64,000 nt of DNA from Aureliella sp. (lineage in GTDB: Bacteria; Planctomycetota; Planctomycetia; Pirellulales; Pirellulaceae), in contig OY829846.1 in NCBI GenBank assembly GCA_963691875.1, positions 3,392,001 to 3,456,000 of the forward strand, given 5' to 3'. The position numbers and the translations under genes were made by a program. Position 1 is the first letter of the stretch. Every line of letters begins with the position of its first letter. Positions 40,983 through 50,658 of this stretch are shown here, piece after piece. The notes under the pieces were generated by a model. It searched no databases and was not told the origin of the DNA. It was given only the letters and a program-made list of their open reading frames with translations.

Positions 40983-41223
40983 GCTCTCTAAAGCAGGCTG
41001 ATTTCAAGATGTGAAACGTATTTGTGGCAGAGGCTGGGGCGCGACATACAAAGCTTAGGTTGGAAACACACCCCTGAGATGCTCAGAGAGTGCGTACTTA
41101 ACGTCCTTTAAACGCCATCCACGATTTCTTTCAGTACTTCGGACATTGCAGGCAAACGCAACCAATCCAGTCCCATCCTGGCTTTCCTGGTTCCGGAACA
41201 TATGATGGTGACCCCCGTCAAAT

Positions 41224-41253
41224 ATATTTCGAGAAGGCATATTTCGAGAAGGC
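41224..41253 (+). repeat. Perfect 15-bp tandem duplication just before a start codon
   Basis: ATATTTCGAGAAGGC x2 (41224-41238, 41239-41253); ATG at 41256. Confidence 0.95.
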
Positions 41254-41255
41254 CG

Positions 41256-42257
41256 ATGGAAAAGCTCGTACTCTGCTACCCCGTCAAAGAAAAACACTTG
41301 GAACAATACCGGCAAGCTCTTCCCGAGCTTGAGGTGATCAACGCAGGACAAGAAGGAATCGCTGCTGCCCTGAGTGAGGCTGACTACTTCGTAGGTCACG
41401 CGAAAGTCCCTGTCGATTGGGACTCAGCCGTCCAGCATGGTCAGCTGAAAATGATTCAGAGCTCAGCGGCAGGCTTGGACCACTGCTTGGTTCCGTCCGT
41501 CATTGCCTCCGACATTCCCGTGTGCAGCGCGTCCGGTTTGTTCGCAAATCAAGTATCAGAACAAACACTTGCACTACTCTACGGTGTAGTGCGAAGTTTG
41601 CCAACTTTCTTTCGACAAGGGCTCAACCAGGAATTCGTCCGTCGTCCGACCGATGACTTGCACGGGAAACGCGTCGGAATTGTTGGATTGGGTGGCAACG
41701 GCCGTCGCATCGCCGAGATGCTAGCGCCACTTAGAAATACAATTTTCGCGACGGACTTTTTTCCCACGAATAAGCCAGAAAGTGTTGCTGAATTGTGGGA
41801 GGCAGAACGGCTTGTAGAACTCGCGAGCCGGAGTGATGTCTTGATTCTGGCACTGCCGCTGAACATGGGAACACGAGGGCTCATAGGTCGTGAAGTTTTC
41901 GCGGCAATGCCAAAGGGCAGCTATTTGATCAATGTCGCTCGTGGCCAAGTGGTTGACGAAACCGAGCTGGTCAATGCACTCCAGTCAGGGCATCTTGCTG
42001 GTGCCGGACTGGACGTCACCGAGACGGAGCCTTTGCAGACAGATAGCCCATTGTGGGGAATCCCTAAAGTGCTCATTACTCCTCACGTTGGAGCCCAGTC
42101 CCGTCGCCGCGTCGATGACTCGACACGCTTTGCCTGCGTAAATTTGCGGCGATTTCTCGATGGTAAGCCTCTTTGGAACCAAGTCGACAAGCGACTCGGG
42201 TTTCCACATCCCGAAGTAATGTATTGCAATCAAGACGAGATTGAGCAAAGTTCTTGA
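41256..42257 (+). CDS. D-2-hydroxyacid dehydrogenase (NAD-binding)
   Basis: 'SAGLDH'-like, 'GIVGLGGNG', 'LINVARG', 'AGLDVTETEPL', 'TPHVG'. Confidence 0.93.
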   Translation: MEKLVLCYPVKEKHLEQYRQALPELEVINAGQEGIAAALSEADYFVGHAKVPVDWDSAVQHGQLKMIQSSAAGLDHCLVPSVIASDIPVCSASGLFANQVSEQTLALLYGVVRSLPTFFRQGLNQEFVRRPTDDLHGKRVGIVGLGGNGRRIAEMLAPLRNTIFATDFFPTNKPESVAELWEAERLVELASRSDVLILALPLNMGTRGLIGREVFAAMPKGSYLINVARGQVVDETELVNALQSGHLAGAGLDVTETEPLQTDSPLWGIPKVLITPHVGAQSRRRVDDSTRFACVNLRRFLDGKPLWNQVDKRLGFPHPEVMYCNQDEIEQSS

Positions 42258-42527
42258 AAGCATGGCCAGCAGCATTGGCCCTGCTGGTCTGGAGGGCTAT
42301 AGTCAGGGTACCCTACATTCCCACCCAGCAGCTCAAGACCTTGAGATGAGTCCTTTCGGCGGAAGGCGAGCCAGAACTTGCCAGACCAAGTTCGTTTTGA
42401 CGCACTATTTCTCTGCGCGAAAACACTTTCCATCGGTAGAAGTCCTTCTGCCGGCCGACCCAATGCCCAACCAAAGGTGCCAGCTCGCTCTAGTCTGCTT
42501 CACACGGAGCTTCACTCCGACAATCTC

Positions 42528-43688
42528 ATGTCTACCACTACCGTGACGAACGATGGCAAAACGCGGGCGTTTGTCGAATCCGCATCTGCGCCAAATACCG
42601 AACCGTTGAATCAGCTATATCGCCTTCTCCTTAAGAAGGGGCGTGTTCAGTGGACGACCTACCACCGTTTTGAGAAAGAGCTTGGTCGAGGTGGGCAGGG
42701 CACCGTTTATTTGAGCCATCGCAAGGGCGCAGACGGATTCAATCAGCCCGTAGCAATGAAGGTCTTTTCGCCCGAACGCTTCCCGAATGTCAGCTCCTAC
42801 GAGAAAGCGATGGAGCGCGTGGCGCACGTAGCTTCTCGTATCGCCACAATCCAGCACGACAACTTGCTGGACGTCCAAGACTTTGTCGACCAAAATCGCA
42901 TAAGAATCATGGTCATGGAGTGGATCGATGGCTTTGACTTGCGACAGCTGCTGAATCCCGAACGCTTGAAACTCGTGGAAGCAATCGCACCGACGCGAAA
43001 GTGGGAGTACATCAACCAAGTGGTGGCGACTTACGGCCCCAGCCAGACAAGAATCAAAGCAGGAGTTGCTGTGGCGATTGTGAGAGATTGCCTGGCTGCA
43101 TTGGCAGCACTTCATCGCGAAGGCATCGTGCATGGCGATATTAAACCTGCGAATATCATGCTGAAGAGGACTGGACACGCGAAGCTGATCGACATGGGAT
43201 CAGCATTCGAACTGATCGCCCCACCCGACAAACGAGCATGCACGCCCGCTTACGCCGCACCGGAAGTACTCGAAGGGGCTCATTGCACGGAACAAAGTGA
43301 CCTGGCCAGCCTGGGTTATGTGCTCATCGAAATGCTGGCTGGACAACCCTGCTTCGGTTTAGAGGCTGAGTATCGCGAGTTGATGGAGTCCAAGCGCCGA
43401 ATGCCTCAGCGACTCCAGGAGTTGCTGCCACCGGAAGTCGCCTGCAACGAACATCTGGTGAATTTGTGCAAGCGCTTAATCGCCACAGATCCGGCGAAGC
43501 GCTTCACAACGGCTGAAGCTGCTGAGCTGCGCGAGGGAGGTGCGGCGGAATTCCATCGCCAACTTGTCTTTGGCGACTTAGCCAGCGAGTACGACAATGA
43601 CATTCGGGTTTTGCTAGAAGAAGTCTGTCGCGTCGATAACCGTGACTCAGCCTCAGATAAAACCACTAATTGGATCCAACGCAGCTAA
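42528..43688 (+). CDS. Soluble Ser/Thr protein kinase (non-RD)
   Basis: 'LGRGGQGTVY', 'VAMK', 'HGDIKPAN', 'DMG', 'TPAYAAPE', 'SDLASLG'. Confidence 0.9.
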   Translation: MSTTTVTNDGKTRAFVESASAPNTEPLNQLYRLLLKKGRVQWTTYHRFEKELGRGGQGTVYLSHRKGADGFNQPVAMKVFSPERFPNVSSYEKAMERVAHVASRIATIQHDNLLDVQDFVDQNRIRIMVMEWIDGFDLRQLLNPERLKLVEAIAPTRKWEYINQVVATYGPSQTRIKAGVAVAIVRDCLAALAALHREGIVHGDIKPANIMLKRTGHAKLIDMGSAFELIAPPDKRACTPAYAAPEVLEGAHCTEQSDLASLGYVLIEMLAGQPCFGLEAEYRELMESKRRMPQRLQELLPPEVACNEHLVNLCKRLIATDPAKRFTTAEAAELREGGAAEFHRQLVFGDLASEYDNDIRVLLEEVCRVDNRDSASDKTTNWIQRS

Positions 43689-44280
43689 TTGTTGGTCGAT
43701 CTTTGCACTGTGCCGGTAGAAACACGGTTGCGAGTAAAGTGCGGCTCCCGTAAGTGCAGCTCCGGTGGAAGTGTGATCGCGACTCATTTCGCGAAACAAA
43801 AAATGCGGCTTCCTGCCGCTAGAACCGCAATCATTGCGGCTTTGAATCGAGTTCTTGCTGCTGAAAAAAGCGTGGTGGTATAGGGTCTGTTTGATCCGCC
43901 GTAGAGCAAAGAATTTCTATCTCCCGTCGTAGCACGGTGTACTGAATTCATCTCGGCGGTTGCCTACAAAAGCGTCGGTGGCTGACAATCGCGAATAGCA
44001 TACGAATCTACGCAAACAACTTGCTCAAAAGGCCATCCATGACCAACAGATCATCCTTGCCACGCCGAAGCGGACGCGTCAAAAAGCTTTGTTTTATTGT
44101 ATGATGCAGGGTAACGACCAGGGAATCCATGAGGCGGCTCAACGAATGAATTGCCGAATAACTTCGCTTTCAAAATGTGAAAACTCTGTGGACTTTTTCG
44201 TGTGTGTTATAGCAGGGAGAGGAGCCGGAAAAGTGGTTGATGTTTCTATGTGTTATTGACTGTTTTGAATCTGCTACAAC

Positions 44281-44308
44281 CTCGAACATAATTTCATTTA
44301 ACTGGGGA
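44281..44308 (-). other. dif-like (XerC/XerD) 28-bp site candidate
   Basis: Minus strand TCCCCAGTTAA-ATGAAA-TTATGTTCGAG has the 11-6-11 layout with TAA-N6-TTATGTT, as in E. coli dif GGTGCGCATAA-TGTATA-TTATGTTAAAT. Located in an AT-rich non-coding gap. Confidence 0.45.
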
Positions 44309-44795
44309 TTGTGGGAATGGAATTCGCTGTTGTCAAGCTGTAAGGACAAAAACTTTTTTGTTCCTTCTAGTATCCCACGCCTAACTCGCACGGTTACGTA
44401 ACGCGAGTTTTATATGTTGGTAGGTCAACCTTTGGAGGATAACTATAAGCAATTTTCGTGGCCCGTGTTCCACCGGCCAGTCCGCGTTTCCCGCAATTTT
44501 TTTTTGCCATTTTGAAAACTGCATTTGAATCGGTAACTAGGCGTCTTAGAAGTTGTATACTTCTTCGAAGAATCCGAAGGCCAGCACTCAGCACCTTGAC
44601 ACTGGCAGAAACTCGCCACCTTCGGTGCTACCACTTGCAACGCCTCCACCTGCAAATACCGATTTGCACAAAGCTAATTGGCTAGCATTGACTCGCGGAT
44701 TTCGGTTCTCGGCAACAACACAGCTGCTCGAAGCTCTTCAATCGTTTGCGATTACCTCGAACTTGCTCAAATTGAGCACAAAAAACTGGCGTCTA

Positions 44796-45611
44796 GTGAG
44801 TGAGACTGTCTTGAACGACAACAGCCCAACAGAATTAGATCTGCACCTAGACAACCTGCAGGCAAGCCGACTAGACCAAGTCTTGACCGACGATGTTTGT
44901 CGTCGACTTGGCATCTTTTCGATCCCCAGTGGCTTCAAGCTGAGTGTGATCATCCCGGTCTACAATGAAGTCAATACGGTTTTGCAAGTCATCGAACGGG
45001 TACGAGCTACGGAGCTACCGCTTGAGATCATTTTGGTAGACGACGGAAGCGAGGATGGTACCCGCGAGAAGCTCAAGGAACTACCGGAAAGCGACGACCT
45101 TCGCGTCATCTATCACCCAGAGAATCGCGGCAAAGGTGCTGCTCTGAGAACTGGATTTGAGCATGCAACAGGAACTGCGGTCGTGGTCCAGGACGCAGAC
45201 CTTGAATATGACCCAGATGACTTTCGCCTACTTATTCAACCCATTATCGAAAACACCGCAGATGTGGTCTATGGAAGTCGTTACGGGCACCATGACCGGC
45301 CAGTACCTCCGCTGTGGCACGTACTCGTAAACCGACTGATCACTCGTCTGGCAAACATTCGCACCGGTCTTTATCTAAGCGATGTCGAAACTTGCTACAA
45401 AGTGATCAGACGTGAGCTGATTCAGGAACTGGCACCCGGGCTGCGTGAGAACCGATTCGGAATCGAAATCGAAATCACGATCAAACTCGCCCGTAAACGA
45501 GTTCGATTTTACGAACGTCACATTCGTTATGACCGTCGTGGTTTTGACGAAGGCAAGAAAATCGGCTGGCGTGATGGGGTTCGAGCCCTATATTGCATGG
45601 TTCGATATTAA
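44796..45611 (+). CDS. Glycosyltransferase family 2 (DPM1/ArnC-like)
   Basis: 'LSVIIPVYNE', 'VDDGSEDGT', 'NRGKGAALRTG', 'QDADLEYDP', 'DVETCYK', 'GKKIGWRDG'. Start uncertain. Confidence 0.93.
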   Translation: MSETVLNDNSPTELDLHLDNLQASRLDQVLTDDVCRRLGIFSIPSGFKLSVIIPVYNEVNTVLQVIERVRATELPLEIILVDDGSEDGTREKLKELPESDDLRVIYHPENRGKGAALRTGFEHATGTAVVVQDADLEYDPDDFRLLIQPIIENTADVVYGSRYGHHDRPVPPLWHVLVNRLITRLANIRTGLYLSDVETCYKVIRRELIQELAPGLRENRFGIEIEITIKLARKRVRFYERHIRYDRRGFDEGKKIGWRDGVRALYCMVRY

Positions 45612-45673
45612 AGCCGCCCTTTGGGCAGCGCATGAACTTCTTGACTTAGCTGCCTACCACACAGTTTCAGATC

Positions 45674-46654
45674 GTGGCCGAAACGGAACCAACAATCAGC
45701 AATTCTGGGTTGTATTCACCAGCCATGCTGGCGGATTTGCTTCAGGTTTCTGTCCGCACTGTGCGGCGTTGGAATCGGGCTGGATTGCTGCCAGCAGCAA
45801 GCGAGATCATGCAGATCCCGCATTTCGATTTCACTTCCCTGACTACAGCAAAGCAACTCGCTGGCTGGATGCGTCAGGGCGTTACTGTCTCTTCTATGCA
45901 GCTCCAAATCGAGGCGCTCCGCAAACGCATTGGAAGCGATGCGGCTCTCGACGAATTACCCATTCAAGCGGATGGCCAACAGCTGATCATCCAAGACGGG
46001 GATCAATACCTCGAGTCGTCAGGGCAATTGCGTCTCGGATTCGAACCGTCAGTAGAATCCGCCGGCTCGGACGAACCAGCAACCGTCAAATTCGTACGGC
46101 CAGAACCTCGAGACAAAGCACTTGCGCCCGAGCAGCAGGAAGAGCTTTCCATGGAGGCGATGGTCGAGCAAGCGATCATTGCAGAAGATGCAGATGACTT
46201 AGAGACTGCGGTGAGATGGTATCGCAGCGTGCAGACGGTTCATGGGCTGAATGCAGACATTTGCTTCCAGATCGCAGAACTTTTGTACCGCAGTGGAGAC
46301 GTTAGCGGTGCACGAGAACGCTATTTCACCGCTCTAGAAATTGAGCCCGAGCTTCTTGAGGCGCGAGCAAATCTGGGTTGCGTTCTGCTTGAATGTCAAC
46401 AAGCTGATCTAGCAATCGCCGCCTTCGAAGGTGCGTTGGCGCAATATCCCGACTACGCCGACGTCCACTTCCATCTCGCACGCGCTTTGGAAGAGCTCGG
46501 TGAAGCCAATCGTGCAGTTCAGCATTGGCAACGCTTTCTGGAACTGGCTCCGACTAGCCCATGGGCCGAAGAAGCTCAACACCGGCTGAAGGATCATGCC
46601 CTTGAGCATATCCCACTGCATTTTGGGGATACTGACACGAATCACCACAAGTAA
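45674..46654 (+). CDS. MerR-like HTH protein with C-terminal TPR repeats
   Basis: 'LADLLQVSVRTVRRWNRAGLL' is a MerR-type HTH. TPRs include 'EARANLGCVL' and 'PDYADVHFHLARAL'. Confidence 0.85.
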   Translation: MAETEPTISNSGLYSPAMLADLLQVSVRTVRRWNRAGLLPAASEIMQIPHFDFTSLTTAKQLAGWMRQGVTVSSMQLQIEALRKRIGSDAALDELPIQADGQQLIIQDGDQYLESSGQLRLGFEPSVESAGSDEPATVKFVRPEPRDKALAPEQQEELSMEAMVEQAIIAEDADDLETAVRWYRSVQTVHGLNADICFQIAELLYRSGDVSGARERYFTALEIEPELLEARANLGCVLLECQQADLAIAAFEGALAQYPDYADVHFHLARALEELGEANRAVQHWQRFLELAPTSPWAEEAQHRLKDHALEHIPLHFGDTDTNHHK

Positions 46655-46677
46655 AGGCAATCTCGACTCTCAGAACG

Positions 46678-49600
46678 CTATCGGTTGAAGAAGTCGACAC
46701 GTGGGTCCGGTGCATTGCTCGGAGCTATAGTATTGCCCGGCCCCGGCGCGTATTCTTGATTGTTCGCTCCATTGCGCATCTGCGCTCCAGAACTATGCAG
46801 ATCCATATCGATGCGCGAGAAATTCTCTGGATCAATACTAAAACGCTTGACGTTAGCCTCTCCTGAGAAAGCGTCCCTGCCAGAGCCATTCGGTACCACT
46901 TTGATGTGAGCAGGCTCGCGACTATCACTGTAGAGCGACAGGAGACTCTTCGTTTTGGAAAAGGTCAACCTGGAGCCGTCGCCTTGATAGCTTCCCTGTG
47001 CAGAGTTGCCATTAAAGGCCACATTGCCAGAAGCGGTAAACTCCCAACTATCTTTTGCACTTTGTGTGGTTGCGAATCTGCCTGGTAGCGGCTGAGTCGA
47101 ACTCAGGTGGCTAGTTCCATAGACTTTGAGTAGATCACAGTTGAGCAACATATCCTCGGGGCCGAGAATGTGACCGCCCAGGGAAGGGACCATCGAGTCC
47201 TCCCAACTCTCCAACTTTCCAACGAGTAGCTCGACGCTGCCTTCCAGAGTCACTTCCTTGCGATCCATTGCGGCAACCAATGAGTCGCGAAAGTTGAGAT
47301 AGGCTCCTTGAAGTTCAGGTTCTTTTTCTGCAGCGACCGCCAACTGCCCCGGCTTCTGGTCGGAAAGAAATCTTGAGTCAACCCAACCAGGACCGGAGGC
47401 GATCAGTTGCTGCTTAGGAAGGGAGTACGTCAGCTTGGGCACGACCAAACGCTCACGACTCTTCTGCTGCCCTAAATCGTCAACTGGTGATGCAACGATC
47501 TCGACCGCACCATGCAAGACGACTTCGTCAATCTCAAGCTTTGGTGGCTCACCTTCAAGGTTCTTAAGATCGATTGGCTGACGCATCTGAATTTGCATCT
47601 GCTGCGCACGACCTCGCATTGGCCAGATATCATCAGGCGCATTTCGCATTGCCGCTCGGAAGGTCACATTCTTCTCGATCCAAACGGTCGATCCATCGAA
47701 CCACATTCTGCCCTGCCACTCGCAGGACGGAGGGATCAGCCACTCAACCTCATTGAGTTCAAATGAGCTAGGTTCTCTTGGAGTGGTCGCATCATTCTTT
47801 CGCGAAGCGAGCAGGCTCTTCGGTAGGACGAATTCGCCCGGGTGCTCCATCAAAATCACGCCGTGCACTTGGTTGTATCGAATCGCTTCGCCTTTCAGGA
47901 CCCCATCAGCGATTTTCATTTCTGCAGGCGCGCCCGAAAGAAGCAGGTCAACACTGCTACTGGAGCTGTTTGCTTTCGTCGGTGTCGTCGCCAGCTGCAG
48001 CGTAGTTCCTAAAATCTCCCAAGGCAAAGTCTTAGGGTCACCCGCCACGGCTTGCTTCGGCGTTTGCGAGACTTTCACGGGGCCGTCAAGGTGCAAGTTT
48101 TCGATCCAGCTGGTGGCTCCTCCGCGCACCATCTTGGCCCGCAACACATTCCCAGAGATGTCGATCGGTTGACGCAGCTTCCTGTTCTCTGCCGTCCTGT
48201 TGCCCTGGTTGTTCGTGCTGAGATTTGGCGGTGGCAACTCGCCTTGCGCTGCGGGTTCGGGATTCTGCGGCGGCTTGATCCACTGAGGATCTTTCGGGCC
48301 AGCAGAGTGACTGAGAGAAAGCTCTTCTTCATTTGATGTAGCACCACCATCACCATCCGCTCTGGACTGTGACGAATCCAGAAGATAGCTGACTGCGAGA
48401 TCTAGCTGAGCAACTTTGCAGTGAAGCTCCTTCGTATGAACCTCCGTTGCTACTGGCGAAAAGATTCGCTTGGGTAGATAGTCGCCAGCTAGGGAATTGT
48501 CTTCCATACTCTGCCCAATGCCCTGCGGATCAGCCTTCTCCAACCAAACTTCGAGATGTTCACTGGTCAGATATCCCTGCTCAGCGTTATCGACGAGTGT
48601 CTGTCCCTTCACCACAATCAGCTGCGAACCATCCTTATCGCGAGATGGCGACATCCTCAAACTTTCTTTCCATCGGATCGTTGTGTCACCCAGTGAATGC
48701 TCCGTAGCAAGCGGGCTACTCGACAACGTGGTGAGTTCTCCTGGTCCCATCGCGGCGAGCCAACCGAGGTGCCTACCCTCTCCTTCTTCACGTGGCGCTG
48801 CTCGATAAGAAACCTGAGGTGCAAGAAACCGCATCCCTTGGTAGTTCAGAATCACCGTCGAACGTGTCGCCTCCGGCACATCAAGGTGTCCGTAAAATTC
48901 CACTTCGCCATTTTTTAGATCAACAATGAGACGCTTGCTTTGCGAGTTCACCCCAATGCTGGGAGCTTCCAAAACGACTTGTTTCTCAGCCACAAAGTCT
49001 TTTAGTGGATCTGTTCCAACAGCTTCCAACCTGGTGACCAGCACTTCGCCAAGTCGCAAATCAAAATGCGGATTTGCTTCATTCGGCGGAGACGCTTCCT
49101 CAGGGGGTTCCATCGAGATCGAGAGACGCTCACAAGTAAACTCGTCTGGCGGCAGGTTTCCCAAAAGATGTTGTACTTGAACACCATTCTGCAGTGTTGC
49201 CGACGAGGATTTAAAATCAAACGAAAATCTTCCGCCACATTTTGCTTGCAGTCTAGCCGGTAGCTGGACCAATGCTGGGTTCTTCGCCGTAAGCTGCTTG
49301 GCGTTCAAGTCCGCCCAAAGCCCGCCGTGCGGAAGCGCAACGTCAACTTTTTGCACCTGATACAATTCTAATTCATCGAGTGGCCCCCACACGCTCGAGG
49401 AACTGCCTGCGTTTCCGAGAATGTCGCTTCGCAGTCGAATAAGCAAGTCCCTACCTTGTATGACGCTAGCTCCCCATTGAATGAGAACTTCGTTGCGTGT
49501 TGTCAGTTGAGTCTTGTCAATGGAGAGATCGCGAGTCCACAGTCGCCACGGCACTTCACCAGCTTCGATTGCGGCTTGTTTGCTTACCTCAATCTCACCT

Positions 49601-50064
49601 TTCAGTTGGACGCGCTCAATCTTAGGAATCGAGTCGCTGAAGTTCTTAAGCGGTTCCTCAAAGTGCACGATGGCACCATCTTCAGCACATACGATCCACA
49701 TGTCTTGAGCCGTGACGGTCCCAAGTTCTCGGCGCTCCATCGCTTGACGCCCCGCATCGGTCTGCGGGATGATCATAGTGATGGGATAAAAACGCATCCG
49801 CTTGTCGTCGATCTCTTCGACCTCATGTGCAAGCAAGATCCCGTTGCTAGTGCTAATGATTTTCGGAGCCTGGGCATGCCACGAATCGGTGGGAAAGAAG
49901 GCCTCCCACCAATGATCGGCGGGTAATGTCTGCTCAAGTGCCGCTTGCTCGGCAGCAACTTGTTGCGTTGGCTCAATCATCGGCACAACGACGAGAGCAT
50001 AGAGGATCATCGCGACCAGAAGGACGCCGAGCGATTTGACGTAACGAGTAGCAAAAAGCAACAC
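46678..50064 (-). CDS. Large N-terminally anchored beta-rich protein, candidate LptC/LptA (OstA-like) multi-jellyroll
   Basis: N-terminal TM 'SLGVLLVAMILYALVVVP'. Repeated LxGxVx(V/I) strands. Begins 8 nt downstream of kdsC. Confidence 0.6.
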   Translation of the reverse strand: MLLFATRYVKSLGVLLVAMILYALVVVPMIEPTQQVAAEQAALEQTLPADHWWEAFFPTDSWHAQAPKIISTSNGILLAHEVEEIDDKRMRFYPITMIIPQTDAGRQAMERRELGTVTAQDMWIVCAEDGAIVHFEEPLKNFSDSIPKIERVQLKGEIEVSKQAAIEAGEVPWRLWTRDLSIDKTQLTTRNEVLIQWGASVIQGRDLLIRLRSDILGNAGSSSSVWGPLDELELYQVQKVDVALPHGGLWADLNAKQLTAKNPALVQLPARLQAKCGGRFSFDFKSSSATLQNGVQVQHLLGNLPPDEFTCERLSISMEPPEEASPPNEANPHFDLRLGEVLVTRLEAVGTDPLKDFVAEKQVVLEAPSIGVNSQSKRLIVDLKNGEVEFYGHLDVPEATRSTVILNYQGMRFLAPQVSYRAAPREEGEGRHLGWLAAMGPGELTTLSSSPLATEHSLGDTTIRWKESLRMSPSRDKDGSQLIVVKGQTLVDNAEQGYLTSEHLEVWLEKADPQGIGQSMEDNSLAGDYLPKRIFSPVATEVHTKELHCKVAQLDLAVSYLLDSSQSRADGDGGATSNEEELSLSHSAGPKDPQWIKPPQNPEPAAQGELPPPNLSTNNQGNRTAENRKLRQPIDISGNVLRAKMVRGGATSWIENLHLDGPVKVSQTPKQAVAGDPKTLPWEILGTTLQLATTPTKANSSSSSVDLLLSGAPAEMKIADGVLKGEAIRYNQVHGVILMEHPGEFVLPKSLLASRKNDATTPREPSSFELNEVEWLIPPSCEWQGRMWFDGSTVWIEKNVTFRAAMRNAPDDIWPMRGRAQQMQIQMRQPIDLKNLEGEPPKLEIDEVVLHGAVEIVASPVDDLGQQKSRERLVVPKLTYSLPKQQLIASGPGWVDSRFLSDQKPGQLAVAAEKEPELQGAYLNFRDSLVAAMDRKEVTLEGSVELLVGKLESWEDSMVPSLGGHILGPEDMLLNCDLLKVYGTSHLSSTQPLPGRFATTQSAKDSWEFTASGNVAFNGNSAQGSYQGDGSRLTFSKTKSLLSLYSDSREPAHIKVVPNGSGRDAFSGEANVKRFSIDPENFSRIDMDLHSSGAQMRNGANNQEYAPGPGNTIAPSNAPDPRVDFFNR

Positions 50065-50072
50065 CGACTCGT

Positions 50073-50642
50073 TTATCCTGGAAGGTACTCTTCCCAGCTC
50101 CCTTGGGCACGCATCAATCGTTCAATTAACTCTCTCACTGCACCGCTTCCGCCGGTACAACAAGTTGTCCACGAAGCCGCGAGACGTACATCTACCGCCG
50201 CGTCTGCAACAGCAACAGGCAATCCGACTCTACGTAGCACAGGGATGTCAGGTAAGTCATCGCCGATGTAGCAAACCTCTTCTGGACTCAGATTCAGTTC
50301 CTCAAAGATCTCAATCGCCGCTGGCAGTTTCTCGGAGAAACCTTGTCGGACAGTCTGAATTTTCAACTCCGCAGCCCTGAACTGGACAACTTTTGAGTCC
50401 CGAGCAGTCAAAATCCCAAAACCCATCCCTGATTTCTGCCACTGCTTGATCCCCATCCCATCGCGTACGTGAAACGATTTCGTTTCGACGCCTTCATTGT
50501 CGATGTTGATTCGACCATCGGTGAGAACACCATCAACGTCCGACAAGATAAAGCAAATCGGCTTCGCGACTTCGCGATCCAATTCTGCTTGCCGATGCAG
50601 AGATGCAATACTTTTCTCTAACGATGTAAGTAATTCTGACAC
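50073..50642 (-). CDS. kdsC: 3-deoxy-D-manno-octulosonate 8-phosphate phosphatase (HAD)
   Basis: 'SDVDGVLTDG', 'KSFHVRDGMGI', 'YIGDDLPD', 'GGSGAVRE'. Confidence 0.95.
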   Translation of the reverse strand: MSELLTSLEKSIASLHRQAELDREVAKPICFILSDVDGVLTDGRINIDNEGVETKSFHVRDGMGIKQWQKSGMGFGILTARDSKVVQFRAAELKIQTVRQGFSEKLPAAIEIFEELNLSPEEVCYIGDDLPDIPVLRRVGLPVAVADAAVDVRLAASWTTCCTGGSGAVRELIERLMRAQGSWEEYLPG

Positions 50643-50658
50643 GCTGGCTTAGCCGCAC

